Positions 10,242 through 22,124 of a DNA stretch of 64,000 nt are shown here, one piece after another. Below the pieces are notes generated by a model. That model made no database searches. It worked only from the letters and a program-made list of their open reading frames with translations, and was not told where the DNA came from. This DNA is from an uncultured Ignavibacteria bacterium (GTDB lineage: Bacteria; Bacteroidota; Ignavibacteria; UBA10030; UBA6906), in the NCBI GenBank assembly GCA_963780165.1, contig CAWABB010000007.1, forward strand, positions 35,173-99,172, given 5' to 3'. Each line of letters opens with the position of its first letter. Within the stretch, counting starts at the first letter, position 1. The translations under genes were made by a program, and so were the position numbers.

Positions 10242-11498
10242 ATGAATCCAGCACAATACAGAAAACTGATCTTGATCTTGAGTTTCGCAGGAGTTGCTCT
10301 CGGATGGCGAGGGCTGAATCTGGGGTTCGGACTCAAATTGTATGCGTCAGAGTTCTTTATCTGGACCGGCTTCGTAGCATCCATGCTCATGCCGGTACGT
10401 GCGCCTCGCATCTCGTCCCCGCCCCAATCAAACGCTCTTCCGATGATCCTTGCATATTGTGCGCTCCTGGGCGTGATCGTCGGATTCGCCAATGGCAACC
10501 GCCCTCAAGAGATCATCATCCAGGCGAAGGGCATGCTGTGTTTCGTTCCTATCCTTGCCATGTTTAGAAAATGGATTCACACCGAGGAGGATATTTTTCC
10601 CTGTGCGGTCACTCTGGTCGCCAGCGGAGTCATCATCGCCCTGTTGGGCACTTTTGAGTTTGTCTTCCCTGCGATGGCAAAGAGTCTCCGGTGGCTGTTT
10701 GTAGACCCGGGGTATACCCGGACCAACTTTGGAACGTCGGGAACAATCAGCCTTTCCGGGTTCAGTTCCTGGGGGACCCCCGTGGTCGGCGTTATGCTGG
10801 TACCTGCCTTTGGTTTCTGGATTGCGATCCGGAAGTCGGTCCCCCAACGGTTCAAGGCGCTGTCATATGTTGCGGCAGGCTTCCTGGTTGTCGGCATCGT
10901 GCTATCCGGATACCGGTCCGCATGGGGCGGAATGATCGTCATCACCGGTTTGCTGCTGTTGTTCGATCGCAAAATCGTGACTGGATTGATATTCGCCGGC
11001 CTTATTCTCTTCTACGCCCTTCCACAAGAATTCTTCGCTCGTTTGACAACGATGTGGCTGCTGGGTCAATCCGGCGATACGAGTCTGATACGACGCGAAA
11101 ACACGCTTAAGCTTACCCTTTCAACCATACAAGAACATCCACTCCTTGGTACCGGGTGGGGATCCTTTTCCACCTACAATGACTTTGCCTATGTAGCGCT
11201 TGCCCTGGGCATCCCCGCGCTGGTGGTCTTTTGTCTCTGGTACATTTCAAATCTTGCACGCACTTGGAGGGTTGCCAGGCTCTACTCCGAGGTCCGCCCT
11301 CCGAAAAGCCTGATCAATCCAATAGGGTTTCTCAGTGCACTGGGTGGCTATGTGTTTTGTATGATGAGCGGTGCCATGAGCAACGTCCAGCCATTGATGA
11401 TCAATTTCTGGCTCATGTTTTGTCTGCTTCTGCGATATACCGAGATCAGCAGTATCCCAAATCACGATCGATTATCCGCGAGATCCCGGCCACAGTGA
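10242..11498 (+). CDS. O-antigen ligase / Wzy-like membrane protein
   Basis: Many hydrophobic helices, SGYRSAWGG, EHPLLGTGWGSF. Confidence 0.8.
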   Translation: MNPAQYRKLILILSFAGVALGWRGLNLGFGLKLYASEFFIWTGFVASMLMPVRAPRISSPPQSNALPMILAYCALLGVIVGFANGNRPQEIIIQAKGMLCFVPILAMFRKWIHTEEDIFPCAVTLVASGVIIALLGTFEFVFPAMAKSLRWLFVDPGYTRTNFGTSGTISLSGFSSWGTPVVGVMLVPAFGFWIAIRKSVPQRFKALSYVAAGFLVVGIVLSGYRSAWGGMIVITGLLLLFDRKIVTGLIFAGLILFYALPQEFFARLTTMWLLGQSGDTSLIRRENTLKLTLSTIQEHPLLGTGWGSFSTYNDFAYVALALGIPALVVFCLWYISNLARTWRVARLYSEVRPPKSLINPIGFLSALGGYVFCMMSGAMSNVQPLMINFWLMFCLLLRYTEISSIPNHDRLSARSRPQ

Positions 11499-12733
11499 AA
11501 TGGCGTGACACGCAACAATCACAGGCTCGAAGAATTGCGTTTGTGGGCAACAGCTCACAAATGAGCGGAGTTGAATTCAGCACTCTCAATCTCGCCCGCT
11601 CGTTGAATTCTTCACGCTGGGCCCCAATAGTAGTTGTCCCCGGTGAAGGAGACCTGTCAGACCGGTGCAAATCAGCTGGTGTCCGTTATGAAATCCTCTC
11701 ACTTCCAAAGTATCTCTCAGTAGGGATCAGGGTCGGCCGGCACACGATTCTGAACCCCGTGGCCTTCGCAGTGAATGCAATGGCATTGTTGTATGGTGCC
11801 ATTCAAGTGCTTAGTTACCTGCGCCGGGAACGCGCGGTAATCGTCGTTACGAAGGGCCTGCCCGCCCATTTCTTTGGTGGTCTGGGATCCGCGCTCGCGC
11901 GCATCCCATGCGTGTGGCACGTTCAGGATAGGGTCTCAGAGCGTCTCGGGCTCATCTACCCGCTTGTCCTGTCCATCGCAGGGAGGTTGCTCGCAAAACA
12001 TATCATCGCCGATGCAGAGAGTATACGCGGGCAACTCTCGATGTGTGTTCCTCCAGACAGGATTTCAGTGATCTGGAACGGGGTCGATACACGGGAATAC
12101 TCTCCAGCTATAGATGGATCCACTATTCGTCGCGAATGGCTGATTCCTAAGAATGAGATCCTCATTGGAGTCGTGGCTCGCATTACTCCCTGGAAAGGAC
12201 AGCATCTTCTACTGGAAGCTTTTGCAGGGCTCTCCATAGACAATCCTTCTCTCAGGCTCGTCCTAGTCGGCACTGCCATGTTCGACAACGACAACTATTT
12301 CAATTCATTGCGTGAGTATGTCCGGGACCGGAATCTCGAAACAAAAGTCGTGTTTGCTGGATTCCGGTGGGATCTCCCCCAGGTCTATGCAGCCATAGAT
12401 GTGTTTGTCCATACGGCCGTGGAGAAAGACTCTACCCCATTATCGGTTGTTTCAGCAATGGCAGCCGGGAAGGCGATCATATGTCCGCGCATTGACGGGA
12501 TCACCGAACTCTTCAGAGAGGAAGAAGATGGGCTCCTGTACCCTCCTGGGGACGTTACGATGCTAGAGCATCAGTTGAAACGACTTATTCTGGATCGTGA
12601 TTTGGCGACGCGGCTGGGGAAGTGTGCGAGGGAAAAAGCTGTTCGTGAGCTGGGACTGGATATCTTTACTGCAAAGTGCGAGGCCGTGTTCTCCGAATGT
12701 GCGAAGGCAGGAGGCCGAGGCGAACATGAATAG
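11495..12733 (+). CDS. Glycosyltransferase family 4
   Basis: IWNGVD, VARITPWKGQ, AMAAGKAII; GTG start overlaps the previous TGA. Confidence 0.85.
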   Translation: MKWRDTQQSQARRIAFVGNSSQMSGVEFSTLNLARSLNSSRWAPIVVVPGEGDLSDRCKSAGVRYEILSLPKYLSVGIRVGRHTILNPVAFAVNAMALLYGAIQVLSYLRRERAVIVVTKGLPAHFFGGLGSALARIPCVWHVQDRVSERLGLIYPLVLSIAGRLLAKHIIADAESIRGQLSMCVPPDRISVIWNGVDTREYSPAIDGSTIRREWLIPKNEILIGVVARITPWKGQHLLLEAFAGLSIDNPSLRLVLVGTAMFDNDNYFNSLREYVRDRNLETKVVFAGFRWDLPQVYAAIDVFVHTAVEKDSTPLSVVSAMAAGKAIICPRIDGITELFREEEDGLLYPPGDVTMLEHQLKRLILDRDLATRLGKCAREKAVRELGLDIFTAKCEAVFSECAKAGGRGEHE

Positions 12734-13763
12734 GTCAGCCCCATCCCCTGATCCCGCGAGCCTCGGGAGTCCCAAACGACGTCGAATACTCTTTGTTCAC
12801 AGCAAGCGGAGGCGGTTCGTACAGATCGACATGGACCTGCTTGCCACGGACTTCCTTGTACAGGAATGGTACCAGCGAACACGATTTGTAAACCTCTTGA
12901 AACTTGTGCAAGGAATATGGTCCAGTGATATAGTGTTCGGGTGGTTTGCCAGCTGGCACACGTTCTTTCCCTTCCTGCTCGCGCGGTGGCTCAACCGTCC
13001 GTCGGTGCTTGTCATTGGCGGCTACGACACGGCAAACATGCCCGAGATCAAGTACGGTAGCCAACGGGGAGGGGTCCGTCGATGGATTGCGCGCAGGGTG
13101 ATTCGATCCGCGTCCCGCCTGGTGACGAATTCTCAGTTTGCCAGATCAGAGGCAGTAGAACAGGCGGGTGCGGCTGCAGAAAAGATCTCTGTTCTCTATC
13201 ACGGAGTCAAACCGTACGGTATTGAGGGCGATACAAGCAAACGAGCTCTTGTTGTCACGGTTGGTGACGTCGAATACCCGAATCTACAGCGCAAGGGACT
13301 GGAGCCATTTGTGCACGCTGCTGCTATGCTACCAGACATCCAATTTGCGGTAATAGGAGAATGGCTTGACCGGTCGATAGAGAAATTGCGCTTGAACGCC
13401 TCACCCAATGTCCAATTCACCGGCAGAGTGAGCGATGAGGACCTCGCTCGTTTTTACCGGGAGGCCACAGTATACGTCCAGGCTTCAAGCCATGAAGGCT
13501 TCGGTCTTTCTCTTGCCGAGGCAATGCTCGCCGAATGCGTGCCGGTTGTCACTTCCAATGGTGCCTTACCCGAAGTGGTCGGAGACACGGGTGTCTATGT
13601 TGATTCTGTCGCGCCGAAACCGTTATCAGAGGCGATTCGGACGGCGCTCAGTCTCCCGCCTGAATACGGCAAGCGGGCCCGGTTGCGCATACTCCAAGAG
13701 TTCACATTGGAAAAGCGAAAGCGGATGCTTTGTGATCTGATTGACAGCGTCATAGAAGCATGA
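12726..13763 (+). CDS. Glycosyltransferase family 4
   Basis: RKGL, HEGFGLSLAEAML, GALPEVVGD. Confidence 0.87.
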   Translation: MNRSAPSPDPASLGSPKRRRILFVHSKRRRFVQIDMDLLATDFLVQEWYQRTRFVNLLKLVQGIWSSDIVFGWFASWHTFFPFLLARWLNRPSVLVIGGYDTANMPEIKYGSQRGGVRRWIARRVIRSASRLVTNSQFARSEAVEQAGAAAEKISVLYHGVKPYGIEGDTSKRALVVTVGDVEYPNLQRKGLEPFVHAAAMLPDIQFAVIGEWLDRSIEKLRLNASPNVQFTGRVSDEDLARFYREATVYVQASSHEGFGLSLAEAMLAECVPVVTSNGALPEVVGDTGVYVDSVAPKPLSEAIRTALSLPPEYGKRARLRILQEFTLEKRKRMLCDLIDSVIEA

Positions 13764-13842
13764 CAACAGCCCAACAGCCCTCATTGCGGTGTCCCGCACT
13801 TTGGCCAAAGTGAAGGAGGTCAGCTGCTAGCTGTGACCCTTT

Positions 13843-14982
13843 TCACACCTTAAAGTCCGTCACAGAAGATATGACCTGCGATTGCTGCGTGCGTGATAGC
13901 GTGTTGTAGAACGGCAATCGTAGGAGCCGGTCGCTAATGTCCTCCGTCACGGGGCAATCTCCTTTCCTTCCTCCGAATTGTCGACCCATTTTTGAAAGAT
14001 GAAGCGGGAGATAGTGAAACACGGCCGTGATTCCATTACTATGCAAATGACTTATCAGGGCCTGTCGGCGTTCCAAGGAAGGGAGGAGAATATAGTACAT
14101 GTGATAGGGTTGTTCACAATCGACTGGCACGAACGGCAATCGAACCTCATTCTGATCTGCCCAGGTCCGCAGGTTTTCGTGATAATACTCCCAGATGACA
14201 CGGCGCTCGGCCTGTATGGTGTGGCGAGCCTGGAGCTGGGCGAACAGGAAGGCGGACAGGATATCCGAAGGTAAATAACTTGATCCCATGTCAACCCAAG
14301 AATACTTGTCCACCTGCCCACGAAGGAATCTGCCTCGATCTGTCCCTTTTTCGCGCAGAATTTCAGCCCGCTCGATGTACTCCGCCTCATTGATAATGAG
14401 TGCTCCGCCTTCACCGCAGGTGAAATTCTTCGTCTCATGAAAACTTTGACCTGCAAGAGCTCCAAATGTGCCGAGGTATTTCCCCTTGAATTTTCCGTAG
14501 AGCCCGTGGGCGTTGTCCTCAACCACCCGGATTCCAAGAGTCCGCGATATGTCAAGGATTACATCGATCGCACACCCTACGCCTGCGTAGTGCACAGGAA
14601 CTATCGCCTTCGTGCGAGCTGAGATGAGGGAGTCCAGTCTCGTCTCATCGAGGTTCAGAGTATCCGGACGAATGTCGACGAAGACCGGCTTGGCCCCTCG
14701 CAGGACAAAAGGGTTGACTGTCGAAACGAATGTAAAGGACGGGACCAGGACCTCATCACCGGGGCGAATGTCGAGCAAGAGCGCCGACAGCTCAAGGGCA
14801 TGGGTGCAGGAGGTCGTGAGCAGAACCCTCTGCGATCCAAGTGCTTGCGTCAATAGCGAGGTACAACGCCTTGTGTACTCGCCGTCTCCAGCGATGTGAC
14901 CCCGCTGGACACAGTCCAGCATGTATTCCATTTCCTGTCCGACAAGCGATGGCTTATTGAACGGAATGGTCACAGTATTCAT
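13843..14982 (-). CDS. rffA: dTDP-4-amino-4,6-dideoxygalactose transaminase (DegT/DnrJ family)
   Basis: IPFNKP, LLTTSCTHALE, SFHETKN (PLP lysine), EKGTDR, VFHYLPLH. Confidence 0.9.
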   Translation of the reverse strand: MNTVTIPFNKPSLVGQEMEYMLDCVQRGHIAGDGEYTRRCTSLLTQALGSQRVLLTTSCTHALELSALLLDIRPGDEVLVPSFTFVSTVNPFVLRGAKPVFVDIRPDTLNLDETRLDSLISARTKAIVPVHYAGVGCAIDVILDISRTLGIRVVEDNAHGLYGKFKGKYLGTFGALAGQSFHETKNFTCGEGGALIINEAEYIERAEILREKGTDRGRFLRGQVDKYSWVDMGSSYLPSDILSAFLFAQLQARHTIQAERRVIWEYYHENLRTWADQNEVRLPFVPVDCEQPYHMYYILLPSLERRQALISHLHSNGITAVFHYLPLHLSKMGRQFGGRKGDCPVTEDISDRLLRLPFYNTLSRTQQSQVISSVTDFKV

Positions 14983-15622
14983 GGAACGTTCCCTTTTCTT
15001 GTGACATCTCTCATGAGACTTTCTTGGCTGCTCCTACCTCCCCCCTTCGTGTGATGCCAAAGTAATATAACACCTGGATCGTAAGGAGGGGGGAAAGTCC
15101 AGCTTTCCGGCTATCTCCAACAGGGTAAGGACCTGATTTCCAATATACGAATCGGATCGGTCTAGAGGGGGTAGGTCAATACATCTTACATCACGGGTCG
15201 CGACCTGGACAATGCCGTCTCCTCCGCCAGCCCCGGCAGGACCTTGTTCGGCTTCTGCATCAAGGATGCAATCGAACGAGGTTTCACTGCGTTCGATTTC
15301 CTTGGCGGAGAGCAGCCGTACAAGCTGAGCCTCGGCGGAACCACTTCGTACTACGGCCGCCTCGTAGCCCGACAACGCGGCGCCGCCGGACTCCCGGGCA
15401 TGCTTGCGCACTAGCTCCTCGAGGCACGTACACAGCATCCAGATCAGGTTCTACCGCCACCGCGTGCTGCCAAAATTCAACAAGATCTTCCGAGATCGTA
15501 AACACTCGGCCGTCAATCATCCGTAGTCGACAATCGTCAATTGTCGATTGGTCCTGCAAGGCAAAGGGGGTATCGCAGGGGAAAAGTCTCCTGCGACTTG
15601 GGCAGCTCCACGGCACGAAATA

Positions 15623-15654
15623 GCACGGCCCGGGCATCGCTGCCCGGGCCGTGT
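15623..15654 (-). terminator. GC-rich hairpin downstream of the giant minus-strand gene
   Basis: cacggcccgggca-tcgc-tgcccgggccgtg; no strong U-tract; same GGCCCGGGC core as the hairpin at 33176. Confidence 0.5.
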
Positions 15655-15677
15655 TGCATACTGAGTGCCGCTGATAC

Positions 15678-18600
15678 TTATCTCACGAGCACGAGCCTCT
15701 TGGTCTGCACAAAGTCACCCGCTCCGCTCTTGGAGTCCAGAGGGCGGACTTGCAGCCGATAGAAGTACACTCCTGAGGCAAGCGTCGTTCCGTCAAACCT
15801 CACCTCGTGGTAGCCCGCCTCCTGCGGCTCATCCGCCAGGTCCGACACACGCTGACCCGCCGAGTTGAACACCGCCAGCCTCACCATCGAGGGCTCAGGA
15901 AGCGCATAGCGGATTGTCGTCACCGGGTTGAACGGATTCGGGTAGTTCTGCAGCAGGCTGTACTCCGTCGGCATCTCCACCGGAACCGCTTCCACTCCCT
16001 CCTTCGCCAGGGCTCCAACCTTCGCTATGACGACATTATCCAGGTAGATGGTGCGTGATGCCGTGCCTCCCACAAAGTAGAACTGCAGCATCGCATCATT
16101 GACCGTCCCCGTGAAGTTTGCCGTCGTGAAGTCAAGCGTGTAGGTCTGGACGCTCGTCGTCGGGTACACGTACCTGAATGCGAACCCGTACACCGTGTAG
16201 TCGTCGTTCTGTTCGATCACCCGCACCCGGAAGCTGGTGCTGGCCGAGGCATGGTAGTCAAACGTGATCCGGTACGCCGTGTTCGCCTCCAGCGTCAGAC
16301 CCCGTCTGATAGAGCTGGTTGTTCGTCCCGATCGTGCTCCCCAGGACGATCCTGGCCTTGTAGGCACCTTCGGGAACCGGTGCCGTGGTCACCACGCTGA
16401 AGGCATTGCCCGTGCCGTTGTGGTAGAACTTCCACGGGGCTCGTCCCACTTTCAAACCCTCCGTTGACCACGAGGTTCGCCGAGGGGGGCGGCGTAGTGG
16501 TGATGTTGAACGGCACCGAGGTCGCTCCCGTGAGGCCTGAGGCAGAGGCCACGAGCGTGTAGCCTGTCCCCGGATTGTCGATCGTGAGTGTGCTGAACGT
16601 CGCCACACCACCCACGGCAGCAACCGTCTGCGTCCCACCCAGCGTTCCTGCGGCAGGGTTCGTCCCAATCGCCACTGTCACATCCCGCGTATCCGTTGTC
16701 ACCAGGTTCCCGCCGGCATCCGTGATCCGTACCGTCACCGCCGGGGTGATCACCCCGCCTGCCAGCGTGTTCGACGGCTGCGTCCCGAACATGAGCTGTG
16801 TCGCCACAGGGGGCGGTGTCTCACCCTGTTTTCGTAATGACTATGTTATCCAGGTAGATGGTGCGTGATGCTGTGCCTCCCACAAAGTAGAACTGCAGCA
16901 TCGCATCATTGACCGTCCCCGTGAAGTTTGCCGTCGTAAAGTCAAGCGTGTAGGTCTGGACGCTCGTCGTCGGGTACACGTACCTGAATGCGAACCCGTA
17001 CACCGTGTAGTCGTCGTTCTGTTCGATCACCCGCACCCGGAAGCTGGTACTGGCCGAGGCATGGTAGTCAAACGTGATCCGGTACGCCGTGTTCGCCTCC
17101 AGCGTCAACCCCTTCTGATAGAGCTGGTTGTTCGTCCCGATCGTGCTCCCCAGGACGATCCTGGCCTTGTAGGCACCTTCGGGAACCGGTGCCGTGGTGA
17201 CCACGCTGAAGGCATTGCCCGTGCCGTTGTGGTAGAACTTCCACGGGCTCGTCCCACTTTCAAACCCTCCGTTGACCACGAGGTTCGCCGAGGGGGGCGG
17301 CGTAGTGGTGATGTTGAACGGCACCGAGGTCGCTCCCGTGAGGCCTGAGGCAGAGGCCACGAGCGTGTAGCCTGTCCCCAGATTGTCGATCGTGAGTGTG
17401 CTGAACGTCGCCACACCACCTACGGCAGCAACCGTCTGCGTCCCACCCAGCGTTCCTGCGGCAGGGTTCGTCCCAATCGCCACTGTCACATCCCGCGTAT
17501 CCGTTGTCACCAGGTTCCCGCCGGCATCCGTGATCCGTACCGTCACCGCCGGGGTGATCACCCCGCCTGCCAGCGTGTTCGACGGCTGTGTCCCGAACAC
17601 GAGCTGTGTCGCCACAAGGGGCGGTGCCGCACCCTGTTTTCTAATGACTATGTTATCCAGGTAGATGGTGCGTGATGGTGTGCCTCCCACAAAGTAGAAC
17701 TGCAGCATCGCATCATTGACCGTCCCCGTGAAGTTTGCCGTCGTAAAGTCAAGCGTGTAGGTCTGGACGCTCGTCGTCGGGTACACGTACCTGAATGCGA
17801 ACCCGTACACCGTGTAGTCATCGTTCTGTTCAATCACCCGCACCCGGAAGCTGGTACTGGCCGAGGCATGGTAGTCAAACGTGATCCGGTACGCCGTGTT
17901 CGCCTCAAGCGTCAGGTCATTCTGATAGAGCTGGTTGTTCGTCCCGATCGTGCTCCCCAGGACGATCCTGGCCTTGTAGGCACCTTCGGGAACAGGTGCC
18001 GTGGTGACCACGCTGAAGGCATTGCCCGTGCCGTTCTGGTAGAACTTCCACGGGCTCGTCCCACTTTCAAACCCTCCGTTGACCAGCAGCGTCGGCCCAG
18101 GGCCTCCGCCCAGCGTCGTGAACTGCTTGATCTCCCCGCTCGAGGTCCCCCAGGTGTTGTTCGCCACCAGCCGGTAGTAGAGGGGACTTCCCGCAGGGAG
18201 GCAGTCAACGCCTGCGACACCGCCACATTGCTCGTCCCGGGATCCAGAGACTGCTCGGGAGAGCTCGTGCCCAGCGCGTTTGTCGGCCCGTACTCGAAGT
18301 GGTACAACGTCGTATGTCCCTTTCGGGTTCACCGTCCCGTTCAGCCTGGCCGAGGTCTCGGCGATCTCGGTCGCATCGCCCGTGGTCGCGACCGGGCCCT
18401 CGTGGGTCACAAACTGCTTGATCGCCCCGTTCGAGGCCCCCAGGGTGTTGTTCGCCACCAGCCGGTAGTAGACGGTGTCACCCGCAGGGAGGCCAGTCAA
18501 CGCCTGCGATACCGCTACATCGACTCGTCCCGGTATCCAGAGACAGCTCGGGAGAGCTCGTGCCCAGCGTATCCGTCGGCCCATACTCGAAGTGGTACAG

Positions 18601-21547
18601 ACGTCGCCGTCCCTTTCGGGTTCACCGTACCGTTCAGCCTGGCCGACGTCAGGGTGATCTCGGTCGCATCGCCCGTCGTGGCGATCGGGCCCTCGTGGGT
18701 CACAAACTGCTTGATCGCCCCGTTCGAGGTCCCCAGGGTGTTGTTCGCCACCAGCCGGAAGTAGACGGTGTCACCCGCAGGGAGGCTTGTCAACGCCTGC
18801 GACACCGCTACATCGATCGTCCCGGCATCCAGAGACAGCTCGGGAGAGCTCGTGCCCAGCGTATCCGTCGGCCCGTACTCGAAGTGGTACAACGTCGCCG
18901 TCCCTTTCGGGTTCACCGTCCCGTTCAGCCTGGCCGACGTCACGGTGATCTCGGTCGCATCGCCCGTCGTCGCGACCGGGCCCTCGATCAGAAGAACGGA
19001 CTTCAGGACCGTGCCCCAGTCGCCGACCGCAAGGTACCTTCCACCCACATGTGTCACACCTCTCAGGGAGTTCGTGGTACCGGTATTGTCCTTCGTCCAG
19101 AGCGTCCCACCGTTTGTCGTTCTGTGGAGACCACCCCCAAGTCAGAAGGACCCAGTTCGAGGCGTCAACGCAGGTGATAGCCGGTCCACCTCAGATTCCC
19201 CGAGGTTTCCCACGTGGACCCACCGTCGCTTGTGACGAAGACCGTCCGCTCACCCGAGGGTGCGGCAGCTCCGATCATGACTTGCATTGTTGGACTAATC
19301 CACTGGACGTCACGCAGGGCCACCGAGGGGGGAGTCGTCGAAGGTGTCCACGTGGCTCCGCCATCGGTGGTCCGGAGAACCACCCCTTTGTCTACTCCGC
19401 CTCCGTAATCCGTTCCCACCGCAATTCCATTCTGCGCATCTCCCATCGCAACACCGTGGAGCTCGTAGGGCAAGCCGGACTGGACTTTCTGCCAGTTCGC
19501 CCCTTCGTCGGTCGTCCGGAATATTACCCCGCCCGCACCGACTGCAATGCCTATCCCCGACACCGCAAATGACACGTCATACAGTTCGGGGTTGCCCGAG
19601 GGCACCAGTGTGGCGAGGGTCCATGTGTCCCCGGCGTCGGTCGAGCGCACAATTCCACCATATCCCACGACGCATGCCACCGAAGACGACGCAAATGCGA
19701 CGGCCTTCGCTTCAATCAGACGACTATCCGCGGAACTCCTGTCGACCCAGGTCGTTCCACCGTCGGTGGTTTTGAAGATCAGATCGCCCCCTGCCGTCAG
19801 ATAGAAATTCTCATCTCTCGCGGCAACACCAATGAGCCCTGTGAGAGCGGACCATCGATTGCGCCGGCGTTTCCTGAATCGACCACAATGTCGGCTCAAC
19901 CGGGAGAGGAATGCTTTGCCCCTCCGACTCGGTTCTTCCAAGAGCATTTGTGGCCACGACACGGAAGTCCAGTTCAGGAAAGGCGGGAATGTTTCTCAGT
20001 TTTTCCGTGAGTACAGTTCGAGCGCCGATCCCTTCCATTCCGTTGCTGGCTGGCACGAAAACGTTGCCGTACGAAATGTCCTGTCCCCATTCAATTTCAT
20101 ATGTCGTCGGGAGACCATTCGGATCAATGGTCACATAGAAGCGTGCCGAATTATACGTTACATCATCTATCGTCAGACGATGGATAATCGGCGCCCCGGG
20201 TGTGAATTTCTCCAGGGTGATGGTGTACGGTCCAGTTGGGGCGTTCGTCCCGCCGTGCGCACCAGGACCCAGGCGTTCGGGGAGTCCGCCACATCCTGCG
20301 CACCCCGACCCCGGGTGCTCTGGGCTTCCCATGGATAATCCTTCCCTGCTGGACGATCTCCATCCTTGTCGGTCATCTCAAGGTTCTTGAGACGTATCGA
20401 AGATTGGACCGGCAGTTGAGTTGCTCGCAGGCGTGCGGTGTTCCCTCCGACCGGGGGCTGAATCACGGGGCTGTTGGGGAAGACGCCGGTGTTGGTCAGG
20501 GAGGAATATCGTACATAGTAGACATCGCTCTCGGGGACAACCACCGTTATGCCTTACGGAGGATACGCCTCTGAATAGTAGCCTTTGCTCTCTATTGAAC
20601 AAAAGCATTTTGTAGTAGGGGCGATGACGGATCGACCGTTGACCTGACCCTGATCGTGTCTCCAGCCTTTGCGAATGTGACGTAGTAATCAACGTCCTCG
20701 ACGGCACTCGTCTACTCCTGTGAGCGACTCACCGAGGACGATCGTGTTGGACAAGCCTGCATGGTCGTTCGGCTCAGTTTCAGTCGTCAGCCCATGGTTC
20801 GGATTGTAGTTGTTGAAGTAGACAAGCGGCAGCGTCTCATCAACCATTCCAAACGTCGCACTCCTGTTGCCATACTGGTCTTCCGGTCCCACCCAGGCCT
20901 CCCACCCGCTGCCCGGGGCCCCGGCTGTGCTGATCTTGAAACGGTACTGGCTTGTCGTGCCGCCGGCCATTCGCACCGTCCGCGAATAGACCGTCCCGAC
21001 TGGGCGTCAGTGGTTCAGGAAAGAGAGAGGGAAGCCCCACTTGATCGGTGGCAGGATTGAACATGCCCAACGCGATATAGGGCCCCATCTCAACCTGAAA
21101 GGTCACATTGACGGAGACGAGATCCGAGTATTCGTCGAAGTTGTTGAATGATGCCACCGGCAGAGTCTGGCTGCCGGCGACAACCGTGTATCTCCGGTTC
21201 CCGTCCGGTGGATTCCCGGGATCCACGTTCCCCTCCAGGGAGATATCGGCCCTCGGAGTCTTGAAGAACTTGTACTCGATCGGACCTTCGGGGAGGTTCA
21301 TTGCCAGGGTGTACACGCTGTCGCCCTCCGGGTCGCTCATCACCCGGGCGTTATCCTCCGCCCAGCCGTCGACACTCGATCGCAACACGATGAGATCGCC
21401 GTTCTGCGGCTGGAAGAACTCGTGATACATCACGACGCGCATGTCCACCTGAAACGTCACCTCGTTCTGCGCGAAGGCCGAGGCAAGTGGAACGGACGCG
21501 AGCAGGATCAAAAGACCCACGAAGAGCAACCGTTTGAAAGGCTGCAT
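15678..21547 (-). CDS. Giant secreted multidomain protein (signal peptide, CBM20-like, PPC-like, FN3-like, BNR/YCF48-like propeller, 3 FN3-like, 3 CBM4/9-like with Ig-like spacers, T9SS/FlgD tail), split by many frameshifts
   Basis: Successive ORF fragments (20840, 20689, 20173, 19811, 19165, 18515, 16821, 16295, 15678) are collinear with the intact paralog at 29059-33153; starts MQPFKRLLFVGLL and has QNYPNPFNP near the end. Confidence 0.8.
16036..18085 (-). repeat. Near-identical intragenic tandem repeat of about 810 bp (CBM4/9-like + Ig-like unit), about 2.5 copies
   Basis: caggtagatggtgcgtgatg recurs at 16041, 16851 and 17658; the translated blocks are almost identical. Confidence 0.9.
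18120..18990 (-). repeat. Three near-identical FN3-like repeats of about 294 bp
   Basis: ccgttcagcctggccga near 18337, 18630 and 18921; peptide ATTGDATEI..SARLNGTVNPKGT repeated. Confidence 0.88.
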
Positions 21548-22124
21548 GGCACCCCCCATGAAGGTAGGATACGGCTGGTGTGAAAGAGAGCAGATGAAGA
21601 AAGGTTGGAGAGAGAAAGGAAGCTGGCAGAGATCGGCCTGGTTCAAAACACCCGTCACAATATAATCAGAACAGAAGTGTCGAAGTACAGAGATTCTCCA
21701 AAGAGAATTCTGCACCAGTCTACCTGATGAGATACTGCGGGCTCTAATCACACCGTGCGTGATTACGGTCAAACACGCGCTGCGAAGTCGGTGCGTTCGC
21801 TCACGCGGGAGGGACAAATACCGCCGAGGGAAGAAGTATCTCTGGACATACTCAAAGGCATGTGGCGATCTCTGCCGCCCGACTTCCGGCCATGGTCGCG
21901 CAGGGGCTCCTCGAAGCACGCCATAGTATCCATACGAAGTTCTACCCCCCCCCGCTGAGACCCGCAAAAGCCCTCCGTCTCTTACGACACAAGCGAGCGC
22001 TACCTCTCTGTGGAGGGTCTCTTCCAGTAGCAGTGCTTTCGAGAGGGCAGAGACAAGAGATTTTCATTGATTCTCCGCTCTTCCTCTGCTACTTTCCGCC
22101 AACGCCCGGGACCCGGGGGCCACG

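Noticed and set aside
15034-15637. Overlapping minus-strand ORFs upstream of rffA
   Set aside because: No recognisable motif or clear SD; may be a remnant but cannot be supported
16036-18990. Long repeats as CRISPR, DGR or mobile element
   Set aside because: They are in-frame protein domain repeats with no spacers, reverse transcriptase or adenine-specific variation seen
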